Shown here in pieces: positions 53,991 through 63,806 of a stretch of DNA of 64,000 bases (within the stretch, counting starts at the first letter, position 1; each line of letters begins with the position of its first letter). A model generated the notes under the pieces. That model was not told the origin of the DNA, searched no databases, and worked only from the letters and a program-made list of their open reading frames with translations. Origin of the DNA: Acidimicrobiales bacterium (GTDB lineage Bacteria > Actinomycetota > Acidimicrobiia > Acidimicrobiales > SZUA-35); contig JBKECK010000042.1 in the NCBI GenBank assembly GCA_047974625.1, positions 3,320 to 67,319 of the forward strand. Reading direction: 5' to 3'. Made by a program: the position numbers and the translations under genes.

Positions 53991-54683
53991 CTACAGCTCG
54001 TCGAGCAGGGCGGGCAGGTCGGCCAGGGCCGGGATCTGCCGCCACGGAACCTGCCCGGGCCCGGCGTCGTGCTCCTCGTGGGCCCAGGTCAGCCCGTAGG
54101 GAACGTGTACCGCCTGGCCCCCGATCTCGAGCACGGGCAGGATGTCGGACGGCACCGAGTTGCCCACCATCAGGAATTCCTCGGCCGGGGTACCGACCGT
54201 GTCAAGCACCCGCCGGTAGCCGACCGGGTTCTTCTCGCTCAGCACCTCGACCCGTTCGAACCGTTCGGCCAGGCCGGATTCAGCGATCTTGGACTCCTGG
54301 TGGAACAGGTCGCCCTTGGTGATCAGGACCATCCGGTACCGGTCGCCCAGCCGGTCGAGGGTCTCCACCACCCCCTCGATCAGGTCCACCGGGTGATGCA
54401 GCAGTTCCTTGCCCCACCCGATGATCTCCTGGAGGGCCCGCGCCGGCACCGCTCCCCCGCTGACCTCGATGGCGGTCTCCATCATCGACAGGGTGAACCC
54501 CTTGGCCCCGTACCCGAAGATCTCCAGGTTCGTCCGCTCCCGTTGGAGCAGCTGGCCGGCGAGGGTGTCCCCGTCCACCCAGGGGGCCAGCAGATCCCGG
54601 AACCGCTCCTCGGTGACGGCAAAGTGGTTCTCGGAGTGCCACAGCGTGTCGTCGGCGTCGAAACCCAGCAGCGCAATGCCCAC
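53991..54683 (-). CDS. HAD-superfamily hydrolase (possible nucleotidase by context)
   Basis: It has DxDxT ([11 protein letters not shown]), motif II (LITKGD) and motif IV (MVGNSVPSD). Start taken at GTG 54683. Confidence 0.7.
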   Translation of the reverse strand: MGIALLGFDADDTLWHSENHFAVTEERFRDLLAPWVDGDTLAGQLLQRERTNLEIFGYGAKGFTLSMMETAIEVSGGAVPARALQEIIGWGKELLHHPVDLIEGVVETLDRLGDRYRMVLITKGDLFHQESKIAESGLAERFERVEVLSEKNPVGYRRVLDTVGTPAEEFLMVGNSVPSDILPVLEIGGQAVHVPYGLTWAHEEHDAGPGQVPWRQIPALADLPALLDEL

Positions 54684-54817
54684 CAGGGCAAGATATCCGG
54701 CCCCGGCCGCCGGTGGTGGCGGGACGGGCCCCGCCCGGCCACCGTGGGAGCGGGCCTGGCGGGGCGGGTCCGGTCCAACGTCACCCACCACCGACGAGGG
54801 GCCGGTTAGCATTTCCC

Positions 54818-55945
54818 ATGAGCGATCACGACGCCACCAACCCGCCGACCCGGCGTCCCGTGTCCGCGGCGTCCCTCCCCGACGACACGATCCGGGCCGC
54901 CCCGAAGGTGCTCCTACACGACCACCTCGACGGCGGGTTGCGACCCGCCACGGTGATCGAGCTGGCGGCCCAGCAGGGCTACCGCGGTCTGCCCACCACC
55001 GACCCCGACGACCTGGCCCGCTGGGTCACCCGCGGAGCCGATCGCCGCAACCTGGAGCTGTACCTGGAGACCTTCGCCCACACGGTGGGGGTCACCCAGG
55101 ACAAGGACGGCCTGGCCCGGGTGGCGGCCGAGGCGGCCGAGGACCTGGCCGCCGACGGGATCGTCTACGCCGAGGTCCGGTTCGCCCCCGAGCTCCACAC
55201 GGCCGCCGGTCTGACCCTCGACGAGGTGGTCGGCGCGGTGCTCGAGGGCTTCCGGCTCGGCAGCGCCGGACGGCCGATCACCATCGGGACCCTGTGCACG
55301 GCGATGCGGACCGCGGTGCGGTCCCGGGAGATCGCCGAGCTCGCCCTCCGTCACCGGGACGAGGGGGTGGTGGGCTTCGACATCGCCGGGGCCGAGGCCG
55401 GCCACCCACCCCGCCGCCACCTGGACGCCTTCCAGCTGGTCATGCGGGAGGACTTCCACATCACCATCCACGCTGGGGAGGCGTTCGGCCTCCCCTCGAT
55501 CGCCGAGGCCCTCCACTACTGCGGGGCCGAACGCCTGGGCCACGGGGTCCGGGTCGTCGACGACATCACCGTGGGCGACGACGGTCGGGCGTCACTGGGT
55601 CGCCTGGCCTCCTACGTCCGCGACCGGCGTGTCCCCCTCGAGATGTGTCCAACGTCGAACGTCAACACGGGCGCAACGGAAACGATAGAAGATCACCCAA
55701 TCGGGCTACTTAAACGGCTCCGATTTCGGGTGACGGTGAACACCGACAATCGCCTGATGAGTAACGTCACCCTCTCGGACGAGTTCATCAGACTCCGGGA
55801 TGCGTTCGGCTACAACATCGACGACATGCAGTGGTTCACCCTGAACGCCATGAAGAGCGCCTTCTGGCCCTTCGATCAACGGCTTCGCCTCATCAACGAG
55901 CTCATCCAACCCGGCTATGACCGGCTCCGCCTCGCCGAGTTGTGA
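54818..55945 (+). CDS. add: adenosine deaminase
   Basis: [42 protein letters not shown] and NTDNRLMS are ADA zinc/catalytic motifs. Confidence 0.9.
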   Translation: MSDHDATNPPTRRPVSAASLPDDTIRAAPKVLLHDHLDGGLRPATVIELAAQQGYRGLPTTDPDDLARWVTRGADRRNLELYLETFAHTVGVTQDKDGLARVAAEAAEDLAADGIVYAEVRFAPELHTAAGLTLDEVVGAVLEGFRLGSAGRPITIGTLCTAMRTAVRSREIAELALRHRDEGVVGFDIAGAEAGHPPRRHLDAFQLVMREDFHITIHAGEAFGLPSIAEALHYCGAERLGHGVRVVDDITVGDDGRASLGRLASYVRDRRVPLEMCPTSNVNTGATETIEDHPIGLLKRLRFRVTVNTDNRLMSNVTLSDEFIRLRDAFGYNIDDMQWFTLNAMKSAFWPFDQRLRLINELIQPGYDRLRLAEL

Positions 55946-56120
55946 TCCGGGGGCCGACCCGGCAAATCGAACCGGTCCGGGAAGCCGATTACCGCCATAT
56001 GACGACAACCACTGATTACCATGAACACGCATGTCCATGGATAACCAATCACCGGTGATCCGAGCGGATCCACCGCGGCCCGGACGTCCATCGACGGCCG
56101 ATCGGACCGGCGGGGAACGG

Positions 56121-56693
56121 TTAGTTCAGTGACGGGTCGTCTGGGAAATGGGCGTACCACGCCAGGTGGCCGTTCTGGCGACCGAGGACCTTGGCCCAGA
56201 GCCGACCGGGATCGTCGGTGAAGAGATCCTCGATGTCGGCGTCGACCACCCACCAGCTGTGGTTCGTGATCTCCGCCTCCAACTGTCCGGCCGCCCAGCC
56301 GGCGTACCCGGCGAACACCCGGACCTCGGCGATCCCCTCCCCCGCCACCAAGGCGGGCTGGGCATCGAGATCCACCGAGCGGGCGCCCAGCACCAGGGCC
56401 CCCTCTCCGTCCCGGGAACGACCGAGGGCGATCAGGGCGTCACGGTCCACCGGGCCTCCGGCGAAGATCACGCTCGGTTCGGCCGCCATCTCCTCCCAGT
56501 CCGGGAAGGCGTCGGCCATGGCAAGGCGGGACGGGCGGTTGAGCACCAATCCCAGGGCACCTTCATCGCTGTGCTCGAGGATCAGCGTGAGGGTGGCGTC
56601 GAAGTTGGGGTCATGGAGATCGGGCCGGGCGACCAGGATGCGCCCGGCCAACGACGGCACCATATGTACGAACGGTACTTCTGCTTCAAACAC
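56121..56693 (-). CDS. YqgE/AlgH-family protein (UPF0301)
   Basis: GRILVARPDLHDPNFDATLTLILEHSDEGALGLVLNRP and FAGYAGWAAGQLEAE match the family. The likelier start is the internal ATG at 56663. Confidence 0.85.
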   Translation of the reverse strand: MFEAEVPFVHMVPSLAGRILVARPDLHDPNFDATLTLILEHSDEGALGLVLNRPSRLAMADAFPDWEEMAAEPSVIFAGGPVDRDALIALGRSRDGEGALVLGARSVDLDAQPALVAGEGIAEVRVFAGYAGWAAGQLEAEITNHSWWVVDADIEDLFTDDPGRLWAKVLGRQNGHLAWYAHFPDDPSLN

Positions 56694-57236
56694 CTGGGAG
56701 TTCCTCAGTTCGTCGTCGGACCTGAGCGTCGCCGCCTTTAGTAACCGCCCCTGCCGTCCATCACGGCCGCCTTACCGTCCACCGGGACCCGTTTCCCGAT
56801 GGTGGAGCGGTATGTCGACGGAAGGGCCTGACCCGCCCGTCGTTATTTTCCCGCGTCGTCGAGACTAGCAGGAGCTTGTTGTGCACATGTGCTTCTCCCA
56901 TCAGCTCACTGAGAGGACCACATCCGCCACCTTGCCACCCGAGGGGCGATGGGGACACGTTCTGATGTCCGCCTGACGTTCGACCGCCTCGCTCACCGGC
57001 CATTTGTTGCATCATCACCGATCACCAGCCGGGAGGCCATGTCTCCCCGGTCCATTCCCCGTCCATTCCCCGGCCACTCGTCGCCCGAGGTGCGGGTTGT
57101 CGCATCCTGGTTCGTATCGGTCAACGGTAGTACCACCTTGACCAATGCCCCCCACCGGACCGGCAGCCCGGCCCGGTGGTGACCGATACGGCGCCCGACC
57201 AGGGTTCGGCGTGGACCGAGCCCGTAGACTGGACGG

Positions 57237-58211
57237 GTGCGAGTTCTGCCCAAGGCCAATGACCTCTGCTGGTGCGGCAGCGGCAAAAAGTACAAACGGT
57301 GCCACAAGAACGCCGAGGATCCGATCCTGCCAGGTCGGGTCTCCCCGGTCCGTCCCGTGCCCGATTCGATCGCCAAGCCCACCTGGGCCGACGGCGGGCC
57401 GGTCCAACGGTGGGACGAACCTCGGGTCAAGTCACCCGAGATCATCGAGCGGATGCGCCGCACCGGGCGTGACGCGGCCGACACCCTGGCCGCGCTGGGC
57501 GCGTTGTGCCAGCCCGGCGTCACCACCGAGGAGATCGACATCGCCTGCCACACCGCGGCGATCGAACGCGGCTCCTACCCGAGCCCCCTGATGTACCCCG
57601 GTGGCGGGGCCGACCCGTTCCCGAAGTCGCTGTGCACCTCGGTGAACGAGGTGATCTGCCACGGGATCCCGGACGACCGCCCCCTAGCCGACGGGGACAT
57701 CATCAACCTCGACGTCACCCTCCTCAAGGAAGGCGTGCACGGCGACACCAACGCCACCTTCTTCGTCGGCCAGGTCGACGACCTGTCACGGCGCCTGGTC
57801 ACCGTGACCCGGGACTGCCTGCGGTACGGCATCGATGTCGCCCGGCCGGGTAATCCGATCAACGCCATCGGTCGGGCCATCCAGGAGCACGCTGAGGCCA
57901 ACAACTTCGGTGTGGTTCGGGACTTCGTCGGCCACGGCATCGGAGAGCAGTTCCACACCGACCTCCAGATCTGCCACTACTACCATCCCCGGCTCACGGA
58001 CGTGATCGAGCCCGGCATGACCTTCACCATCGAGCCGATGATCACCGCGGGCTCGTGGCGGGTCCGGATGTGGGACGATGGCTGGACCGCCGTGACGGCG
58101 GACGGGGGACGAACCGCCCAGTTCGAGCACACGATCCTCATCACCGACGACGGTGCCGAGATCCTCACCACCCCGACCGACCCGTCGCAGCACCCCTACT
58201 GGACCATCTGA
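57237..58211 (+). CDS. map: type I methionine aminopeptidase with an N-terminal SEC-C zinc-finger motif
   Basis: CWCGSGKKYKRCH occupies residues 11-23. The MetAP metal ligands fit the contexts DIINLDVT, GDTNATF, GHGIG, FTIEP and AQFEHT. GTG start. Confidence 0.9.
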   Translation: MRVLPKANDLCWCGSGKKYKRCHKNAEDPILPGRVSPVRPVPDSIAKPTWADGGPVQRWDEPRVKSPEIIERMRRTGRDAADTLAALGALCQPGVTTEEIDIACHTAAIERGSYPSPLMYPGGGADPFPKSLCTSVNEVICHGIPDDRPLADGDIINLDVTLLKEGVHGDTNATFFVGQVDDLSRRLVTVTRDCLRYGIDVARPGNPINAIGRAIQEHAEANNFGVVRDFVGHGIGEQFHTDLQICHYYHPRLTDVIEPGMTFTIEPMITAGSWRVRMWDDGWTAVTADGGRTAQFEHTILITDDGAEILTTPTDPSQHPYWTI

Positions 58212-58230
58212 CCGCACCATAGGAGCCCCA

Positions 58231-59661
58231 ATGCGACGGTTCTTGTCATCGCTGATCATGGGCGCTTCGCTCGTGATCGCCTCGCTGACGTGGGCCGGGT
58301 TCACCCTCTCCAACACCCTGCTCGACCCGGGGACGTCGGAGCGTCTGGCCGACCATCTCGTGGAGGATCCGTCGGTGCGCCAGGTGATCGCGTCGCGTCT
58401 GGCCGACGCCATCGAGGCCCAGGTCCCCACGGCGGTCCCGATCAGCCGCAACCAGTACGAAGAGGCCGCCGACCTAGCCATGGACGACCCCCGGGTCGAG
58501 GCCGCCATCCGCGACGGCATCGTCCAGGCCCATCAGAACGCCCTGGCCGGGGTGGACGAGCCGGTCACCTTGGACGCCAGCGGCATCGGCGAGGCCGCCC
58601 GTGATGCCATCGTGGGGTTGGCGCCCCCGCTCGACGCCATCCTGCCGGCGAGCCCCGAGCTGGGGGTGGAACTGCCCAACACCGGTCTGGCCTGGCTCGG
58701 CACGGTCAAGGACATGGTGGACCGGTTCACCGCCCTCGGGTTTGTCATCTCCCTGATCGGTCTGACCGCCTCGCTCGCCATCACCGACGATCGCGGCGCC
58801 GCCCTGCGCCGGATGGGGCGGTGGGCCATCGGCTCGGCCGCGTTCTGGCTCCTCGTCGGCCTGGCCATGCCCTACATCCTCGAGCAGGTGGCGCCGGCGG
58901 CGGCGGTCCTGGTGGCGGCGGCCATCGACGTCTTCTTCGGGGCCATGATCACCCCGGCCCTCATCCTGGCCGGTATTGGGGCGATCGTCATGGCCACCGG
59001 CTACCTCTGGCCGTCCTACGACCGGCGCCGACCGGCGGCCATGGTCTCCCGGCCGGGTCGGCGGCGGGGGCGCGACGACGCGGCCGCGGGGAACACGGGG
59101 GCCCCGGTGGGCGCCCCCGCACCCGGCCACGGAGGCCGAACGGTCAGCGCCACCTTCAATCCACCCGGCAATCCACCCGGGGCCGGATTCCCGGCCGGGC
59201 CGCCCGCCGCGGCCCGGGCCCCCGGCTCGGACCGGACCCAGGCGTTCCCCACCATCACCAGCCGGCCGGCCGGACCGGGGGTAGCCACGGCGACGAGCCC
59301 CGCCCCCGCCGGACCGGCGGCCGGGACCGGGGCCCCCACCGGGTCCGACGGGCCCACCACCCTCGGAGCAACCACCCTCGGAGCCACCGGCATCGGAGCC
59401 ACCCGCCCGGCCGCCGCCGTCCCGACGGCAGGTACCCCCGGGGTCCCGGTGCCCGGCCCCGGCGGGCCGCCGGCCGCGACGGTCGACGGACCGGGCCTGC
59501 ACTGGGTCGAGGGCATCGGCTACACCGAGACCGATCTCTCCCCCGACGGTCTGCCCGCCCCGACGTCCCCCGACGAGGCGGCCACCCACCCGGTGGGCGG
59601 GGAGGGCACCCCCGGTCGCGGTGAACCGCCCTCCCAGACCGACACCCGCCGGATCGGTTAG
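58231..59661 (+). CDS. membrane protein with a Pro/Gly/Ala-rich C-terminal tail
   Basis: The ATG at 58231 is preceded by aggag (58221-58225). It has an N-terminal TM helix, three further helices around residues 190-280, and then a disordered PAG-rich tail. No family recognised. Confidence 0.6.
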   Translation: MRRFLSSLIMGASLVIASLTWAGFTLSNTLLDPGTSERLADHLVEDPSVRQVIASRLADAIEAQVPTAVPISRNQYEEAADLAMDDPRVEAAIRDGIVQAHQNALAGVDEPVTLDASGIGEAARDAIVGLAPPLDAILPASPELGVELPNTGLAWLGTVKDMVDRFTALGFVISLIGLTASLAITDDRGAALRRMGRWAIGSAAFWLLVGLAMPYILEQVAPAAAVLVAAAIDVFFGAMITPALILAGIGAIVMATGYLWPSYDRRRPAAMVSRPGRRRGRDDAAAGNTGAPVGAPAPGHGGRTVSATFNPPGNPPGAGFPAGPPAAARAPGSDRTQAFPTITSRPAGPGVATATSPAPAGPAAGTGAPTGSDGPTTLGATTLGATGIGATRPAAAVPTAGTPGVPVPGPGGPPAATVDGPGLHWVEGIGYTETDLSPDGLPAPTSPDEAATHPVGGEGTPGRGEPPSQTDTRRIG

Positions 59662-60545
59662 CCGACCGACCCCAACCCCCCGCCTCGGGGTCGTTCCCCG
59701 GGCAGGAGGTCGAGCTGGTCGTCGATCCAAGCCATGAGGGCGGCAGCCACCTCGGCGCGTTCGGGTTCGTTGAAGCACTCGTGGCGGAGGCCCGGCCACA
59801 GGCGGTAGGTGACGTTGGGGAGGGCGTTGAGGGGGCGGCTGGCCTCGGGGGCCACGACCTCGTCGTCCGAGCCGTGCAGTACGTAGGAGGGGACGGTGAT
59901 CCGATCGAGCTGGGCCGAGGTGGACGTCATGGCGCCGAAGATCTCGCGCCCGAGGCCGGCGGACACGCCCCGCAACCGGAGCGGATCGTCGGCGTACGCC
60001 GCCTGGGCGGCGGGATCGCGCGACACCCGCGTCCCGTCGGTGCCTGAGGGGACCCGGACCCGGGGCACGACCCGCCCCAGCAGGGGTGCCGCCAGGCGCT
60101 GCCAACGACTCCCGGACGCCCCGAGCGCCGGTGAGCTCAACACCAGCAGGTCGGGCCGGGCCCGACCCTCGACCACGGCGGTGGCGGCGATGAGGCCCCC
60201 CAACGAGTGGCCGAGCAGGATCACGGGGCGGTCGAGCTGGTGACGTTCGACCACCAGGTCCTCGACGTCGTCCACGAACTCGACGAAGGAGCCGACATGG
60301 CCCCTCGGTCCGCCGCTCTGGCCGTGGCCCCGGTTGTCGAAACCGAGCACGTCCAGGCCCCGTTCCGCCAGGAAGGCGCCCAGGTAGGCGTGGCGGGCCG
60401 AGTGCTCACCCAGGCCGTGGACCAACAGCACCGCGGCCCGGGGCGGGACGGGCACACCGGCGTCGTCCACGGGCCGCCAGCGACGCTGGAGCTGGGTCAG
60501 CCCCGCCCTCGAACCGGCGAGGGAATCGATCAGCTCTACTTCCAC
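59658..60545 (-). CDS. alpha/beta hydrolase (lysophospholipase/monoglyceride lipase-like)
   Basis: It has VLLVHGLGEHSARH, the nucleophile elbow LLGHSLGGLIA and LHGSDDEVV. Confidence 0.8.
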   Translation of the reverse strand: MEVELIDSLAGSRAGLTQLQRRWRPVDDAGVPVPPRAAVLLVHGLGEHSARHAYLGAFLAERGLDVLGFDNRGHGQSGGPRGHVGSFVEFVDDVEDLVVERHQLDRPVILLGHSLGGLIAATAVVEGRARPDLLVLSSPALGASGSRWQRLAAPLLGRVVPRVRVPSGTDGTRVSRDPAAQAAYADDPLRLRGVSAGLGREIFGAMTSTSAQLDRITVPSYVLHGSDDEVVAPEASRPLNALPNVTYRLWPGLRHECFNEPERAEVAAALMAWIDDQLDLLPGERPRGGGLGSVG

Positions 60546-60590
60546 GCCGAAAGGCTACTCATTGCGACCTGGTGGGCCAGACTGGGGCCG

Positions 60591-60977
60591 ATGGACCTGC
60601 TCCGATCACTCCGCTACGTGGCCGCCGGCGGGATCATCGGCGCCCTGTGCCGCTGGGGCATCGTCTCGGCGCTCGGCGGCGACCCGACCGGGGCCGCGAT
60701 GTTGGCCATCAACGTCGCCGGTTCCCTCCTGCTCGGCGTGCTGGTGGGGGCGAGCGCCCCCCGCCGGGGCGGCCGGCCCCGGGTGACCACCAACCAGTTC
60801 CTCCTCGTGGGCACCGGCTACTGCGGCGCCTTCACCTCGTTCTCGAGCTACGCCCTCGAACTGGCCCAGGACCTCGACTCGGGTACCGTCACGGCCGCGT
60901 CCGCGATCGGGTTCGGCACCGCCATCGGCGCGGTGGTGGCCGCCGGGATCGGCTACCGGCTCGGGAGTCGCCCGTGA
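60591..60977 (+). CDS. crcB: fluoride channel CrcB/Fluc, subunit 1
   Basis: GGIIGALCRW, INVAGSLLLG and GYCGAFTSFSS are CrcB motifs. This is the last 128 codons of track ORF 60207..60977. Confidence 0.85.
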   Translation: MDLLRSLRYVAAGGIIGALCRWGIVSALGGDPTGAAMLAINVAGSLLLGVLVGASAPRRGGRPRVTTNQFLLVGTGYCGAFTSFSSYALELAQDLDSGTVTAASAIGFGTAIGAVVAAGIGYRLGSRP

Positions 60978-61321
60978 TCGTCCTGATCCTGCTGTTCGTG
61001 GTGGCCGCCGCGGCCGGTGCGTCGCTACGGGCGGTGTCCAACCAGGTGGCCAACACGGTCCACTTCCCGTACGGGACCCTGACCGTGAACCTGGCCGCCT
61101 CGTTCGCCCTCGGAGCGGTGGCCGGCGCCGACCTGGACGGCCCCTGGCCCACCGTCCTCGGAGTGGCCGGGTTGGGCGCCCTGTCCACCTGGTCCACCCT
61201 GGCCAACGAGGCCGCCACCATGGCCCGGGAGGACCAGGGGGGCATCGCCCTGCTCTACCTGGTGCTGAGCTGCACGGCTGGGGTCCTGGCCGCCTGGTTC
61301 GGTCTCCAGGTCACGGGCTGA
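60974..61321 (+). CDS. crcB: fluoride channel CrcB/Fluc, subunit 2
   Basis: FPYGTLTVNLAASFALG and LGALSTWST match CrcB. The GTG start overlaps the first crcB stop (GTGA). Confidence 0.85.
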   Translation: MIVLILLFVVAAAAGASLRAVSNQVANTVHFPYGTLTVNLAASFALGAVAGADLDGPWPTVLGVAGLGALSTWSTLANEAATMAREDQGGIALLYLVLSCTAGVLAAWFGLQVTG

Positions 61322-61340
61322 TCCCACCGGGAGCGCCGGT

Positions 61341-61682
61341 TCAGCCGCCGGCTCGGACCTCGGCGCAGTCGACCACGACCGTGGAGATGACCTCGTCGGG
61401 CCGGGCGGGATCCACCGCGTTCACCTCACCCTGCTCCAGGTCCGGATCGTCCCGGCACTGCTGTTTGGCCAGTTCCTCCATCTGCTCGTTGGGGGGCAGC
61501 AGATGGGGGGTGCCGAGATCAACGGTGCTGGTGGTGACCTCCCCGATCGGGGTGGCGTCCTCACCGGTGCAGCCGGTGAGGACGACGATGATCACCACCA
61601 CCATGGCCACCACCGCGCCACCGACCCGGCCGGGAAGGGGCGGGCGGAACCGGGCCCGATGCGTACCAACCATCCGCGGCAC
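61341..61682 (-). CDS. small putative lipoprotein
   Basis: It has a hydrophobic stretch ending in the lipobox VLTGC, followed by ~75 aa of acidic mature domain with two Cys. Confidence 0.5.
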   Translation of the reverse strand: MPRMVGTHRARFRPPLPGRVGGAVVAMVVVIIVVLTGCTGEDATPIGEVTTSTVDLGTPHLLPPNEQMEELAKQQCRDDPDLEQGEVNAVDPARPDEVISTVVVDCAEVRAGG

Positions 61683-61743
61683 CCTACCGGCCGGCCGGGT
61701 CCCCCGATCACCCTCAGGTCGAACCGGGCCCCGCCGATGGGTG

Positions 61744-62565
61744 ATGGTGGCGACCGCCTCGCTCCCGGTTCGACGACCCGACTTCGGCCTGGACCCGGCC
61801 GCGCCCGCACCCGACGGCGGGGGGACCGTCGACCCGTGCTGGATCCCCGATCAGCCCGAACTGGCCTGTGTGGCCAACGCGGTGTCCCTCCTCATGCCCC
61901 ACCTGGAACCGTACGTGGTGCGGACCGTGGCCGCCGCCGTGCCGGGCCTGGATCCTGAACTGGCCGCCACCACCCGGGCCTATGTGGGCCAGGAGACCGA
62001 ACACCACCGCCAGCACCGCCGCTGGAACCGGGTCCTGACCGACCACTACCGGGGCCTCGGCGTCGTCGACCGGGTCACCGGCCACGCCTTCGGCCTCCTG
62101 GAACGGCGGACCGGCCCCCGGTTCGGGCTGGCGGTGGCCACCGCGTCGGAGACCCTGGCCTATTCGGCCGCCCGGTGGGCGGCCGACCACCGAGCCGACC
62201 TGTTCGCCGGAGCCGACGGGCGGGTGGCCGAGCTGTTCTGGTGGCACCTGGCCGAGGAGGTGGAACACAAGGCGGTGGTGTACGACGTGGCCCGGGCCGT
62301 CCGTCTGGAACGGTGGCGGCACCTGCTCGGCACCCTGGTCACCGTCGTGGGCCTGGCCGTGGCCGTCCTGGCCGGGATCGTGGTGACCACGGCCCGCGAG
62401 CGCCGCTGGTGGCGCCCGGTGGCCTGGTTCCGGCTCACGGTGTGGAGCGTCGGCTTCGCCTTCGAACTGATCCCCAACCTGGTGGTCGCCCTCCTGCCCG
62501 GCCACCCTCCGGACCAGCTCGCCGACCCGGCCTGGTACGCCGAGGTCCTGGCCCGGCACCGCTGA
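61744..62565 (+). CDS. putative metal-dependent hydrolase with a C-terminal membrane anchor
   Basis: This is the last 273 codons of track ORF 61381..62565. GQETEHHRQH and WHLAEEVEHKAV resemble the His/Glu motifs of the 'predicted metal-dependent hydrolase' family. Two C-terminal hydrophobic helices are present. Confidence 0.5.
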   Translation: MVATASLPVRRPDFGLDPAAPAPDGGGTVDPCWIPDQPELACVANAVSLLMPHLEPYVVRTVAAAVPGLDPELAATTRAYVGQETEHHRQHRRWNRVLTDHYRGLGVVDRVTGHAFGLLERRTGPRFGLAVATASETLAYSAARWAADHRADLFAGADGRVAELFWWHLAEEVEHKAVVYDVARAVRLERWRHLLGTLVTVVGLAVAVLAGIVVTTARERRWWRPVAWFRLTVWSVGFAFELIPNLVVALLPGHPPDQLADPAWYAEVLARHR

Positions 62566-62603
62566 CCCCCGGGCCGGGCCGGCACGCGGTGCCGGCACCG
62601 GCG

Positions 62604-63173
62604 CTATCCCAGTTCGGGGATGACCGGCCCGGCCCGCTCGACGGCGGGCCGCGACGCGTTGAGGTTCAGGACCGTGGAGGCCACACCCGGGAGGCGGCCC
62701 CCGTCCACGACATGGTCGGGCCGGCCCGAGAGACCGGCCAAGGCCTCCTCGACGGTGGCCGCCGGGGCGCTCGAATGGGCGTTGGCGCTGGTCAACAGGA
62801 GGGGGCCGGTCAGTTCGAGGACGTCGAGCAGGAGCTGATGGTCGGGGCAGCGGAACGCGGCCTCGTCCCGGCCGTGGAGCCACGGAGGCGTCCGGTCCCG
62901 ATCGAGGCCGAGGACGAGGCTGAGCGCGCCAGGCCAGTGCTTCTGCATCAGGGCCTGCGTCTCCGGCGAGACCACCGCTCCGGCTTCGGTGACCTGGGCC
63001 AGGGAGGCTACGGCCACCGGTAGTCGACGGCTCTCGGGCCGCCCCTTGAGCCGGAAGATCCGCTCGACGGCGTGGTCGGAACCGGGATGGGCCACGAGCC
63101 CGTAGACCGTCTCGGTGGGGACCACGGCCACCCCGCCCCCGAGGAGGCAGCGCACCAGATCGGCGGCCACCAC
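62604..63173 (-). CDS. tsaC: L-threonylcarbamoyladenylate synthase (TsaC/YrdC type)
   Basis: VAVVPTETVYGLVA, FRLKGRP, HWPGALSLVL and LLLTSAN are YrdC-domain motifs. Start taken at GTG 63173. The upstream part of the track ORF runs into the tRNA and is rejected. Confidence 0.75.
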   Translation of the reverse strand: MVAADLVRCLLGGGVAVVPTETVYGLVAHPGSDHAVERIFRLKGRPESRRLPVAVASLAQVTEAGAVVSPETQALMQKHWPGALSLVLGLDRDRTPPWLHGRDEAAFRCPDHQLLLDVLELTGPLLLTSANAHSSAPAATVEEALAGLSGRPDHVVDGGRLPGVASTVLNLNASRPAVERAGPVIPELG

Positions 63174-63350
63174 GTCACGGGCGTCGCGCGGCGGGGAGAA
63201 CGTGAGAACCGATCTCGATCTCAACCTCCCGTCTCCTCTCCCGCCGGGCCGGGCTCCGAAGATGAGCGGGATCACGACGCCGCCGTGGAAACCGAACCGC
63301 CCCGGAGATACCGAACGGGGGCCGGCTCCAGCCGGCCCCCAGGCGTGTGG

Positions 63351-63423
63351 CACCCCGTACGGGATTTGAACCCGTGCTACTGGCATGAGAAGCCAGCGTC
63401 CTAGGCCGCTAGACGAACGGGGC
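63351..63423 (-). tRNA. tRNA-Glu (anticodon CUC)
   Basis: Reverse complement GCCCCGTTCGTCTAGCGGCCTAGGACGCTGGCTTCTCATGCCAGTAGCACGGGTTCAAATCCCGTACGGGGTG folds as a cloverleaf. The anticodon stem is CTGGC/GCCAG with loop TTCTCAT, and the T-arm is ACGGG-TTCAAAT-CCCGT. CCA is encoded immediately 3' (63348-63350). Confidence 0.9.
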
Positions 63424-63478
63424 CTGACGGCAGGATGAGCATACCGGCCCAGGTCCGGTGGAACTCCGCTACCGCTTG

Positions 63479-63550
63479 CTCGGGGGGGAGGACTTGAACC
63501 CCCAATGACTGGACCAGAACCAGCTGTGTTGCCAATTACACCACCCCCGA
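63479..63550 (-). tRNA. tRNA-Gln (anticodon CUG)
   Basis: Reverse complement TCGGGGGTGGTGTAATTGGCAACACAGCTGGTTCTGGTCCAGTCATTGGGGGTTCAAGTCCTCCCCCCCGAG folds with acceptor stem TCGGGGG/CCCCCGA (U1:A72), discriminator G, anticodon loop TTCTGGT and T-loop TTCAAGT. Confidence 0.9.
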
Positions 63551-63707
63551 AGGTGGAGACATCACCTTACCGTCCCCGCGGGCGTCCACCGACCGAATTC
63601 CCCCGGCGCTCCCGGCGGGGCTGCCTCCGCCCCCCGAGAACCCCGGGGCCTCAGCCTCGATCCACCGTGTCGGTGGGTGGTTGAGGGTCCGCGTGTCCGC
63701 GAGAAGG

Positions 63708-63768
63708 CCTCTCTGGCCTGGGATGATGTTGATGTTCGACGTCAACATCATCCCAGGACCGAGAGAGG
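63708..63768. repeat. 61-nt near-perfect inverted repeat (long hairpin/cruciform)
   Basis: Core arms cctgggatgatgttga (63717-63732) and tcaacatcatcccagg (63742-63757) are perfectly complementary. The stem extends inward by 3 pairs to a 3-nt loop. It extends outward through cctctct/agagagg (63708-63714 / 63762-63768). Confidence 0.9.
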
Positions 63769-63778
63769 CACTTCTTGT

Positions 63779-63806
63779 GAGTGGAGTATTGCGAGTGGGG
63801 TATTGC
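63779..63806. repeat. 14-bp tandem duplication (gagtggagtattgc / gagtggggtattgc)
   Basis: Copies at 63779-63792 and 63793-63806, 13 of 14 identical, 10 nt to the right of the long hairpin. Confidence 0.8.

Noticed and set aside
56761-57182. Small ORFs (85 aa minus, 77 aa plus) in the gap upstream of map
   Set aside because: Third-position GC is far below that of neighbouring genes, the compositions are odd (MMMQQM..., SPRSIPRPFPG...), there is no RBS and no recognisable family. The gap is reported as non-coding instead.
60546-60590. Expected fluoride riboswitch upstream of the crcB pair
   Set aside because: Only 45 nt separate the divergent hydrolase start from the crcB ATG. The conserved crcB-motif elements (GGxGAUGG ... 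CUGAUGAU) are not present.
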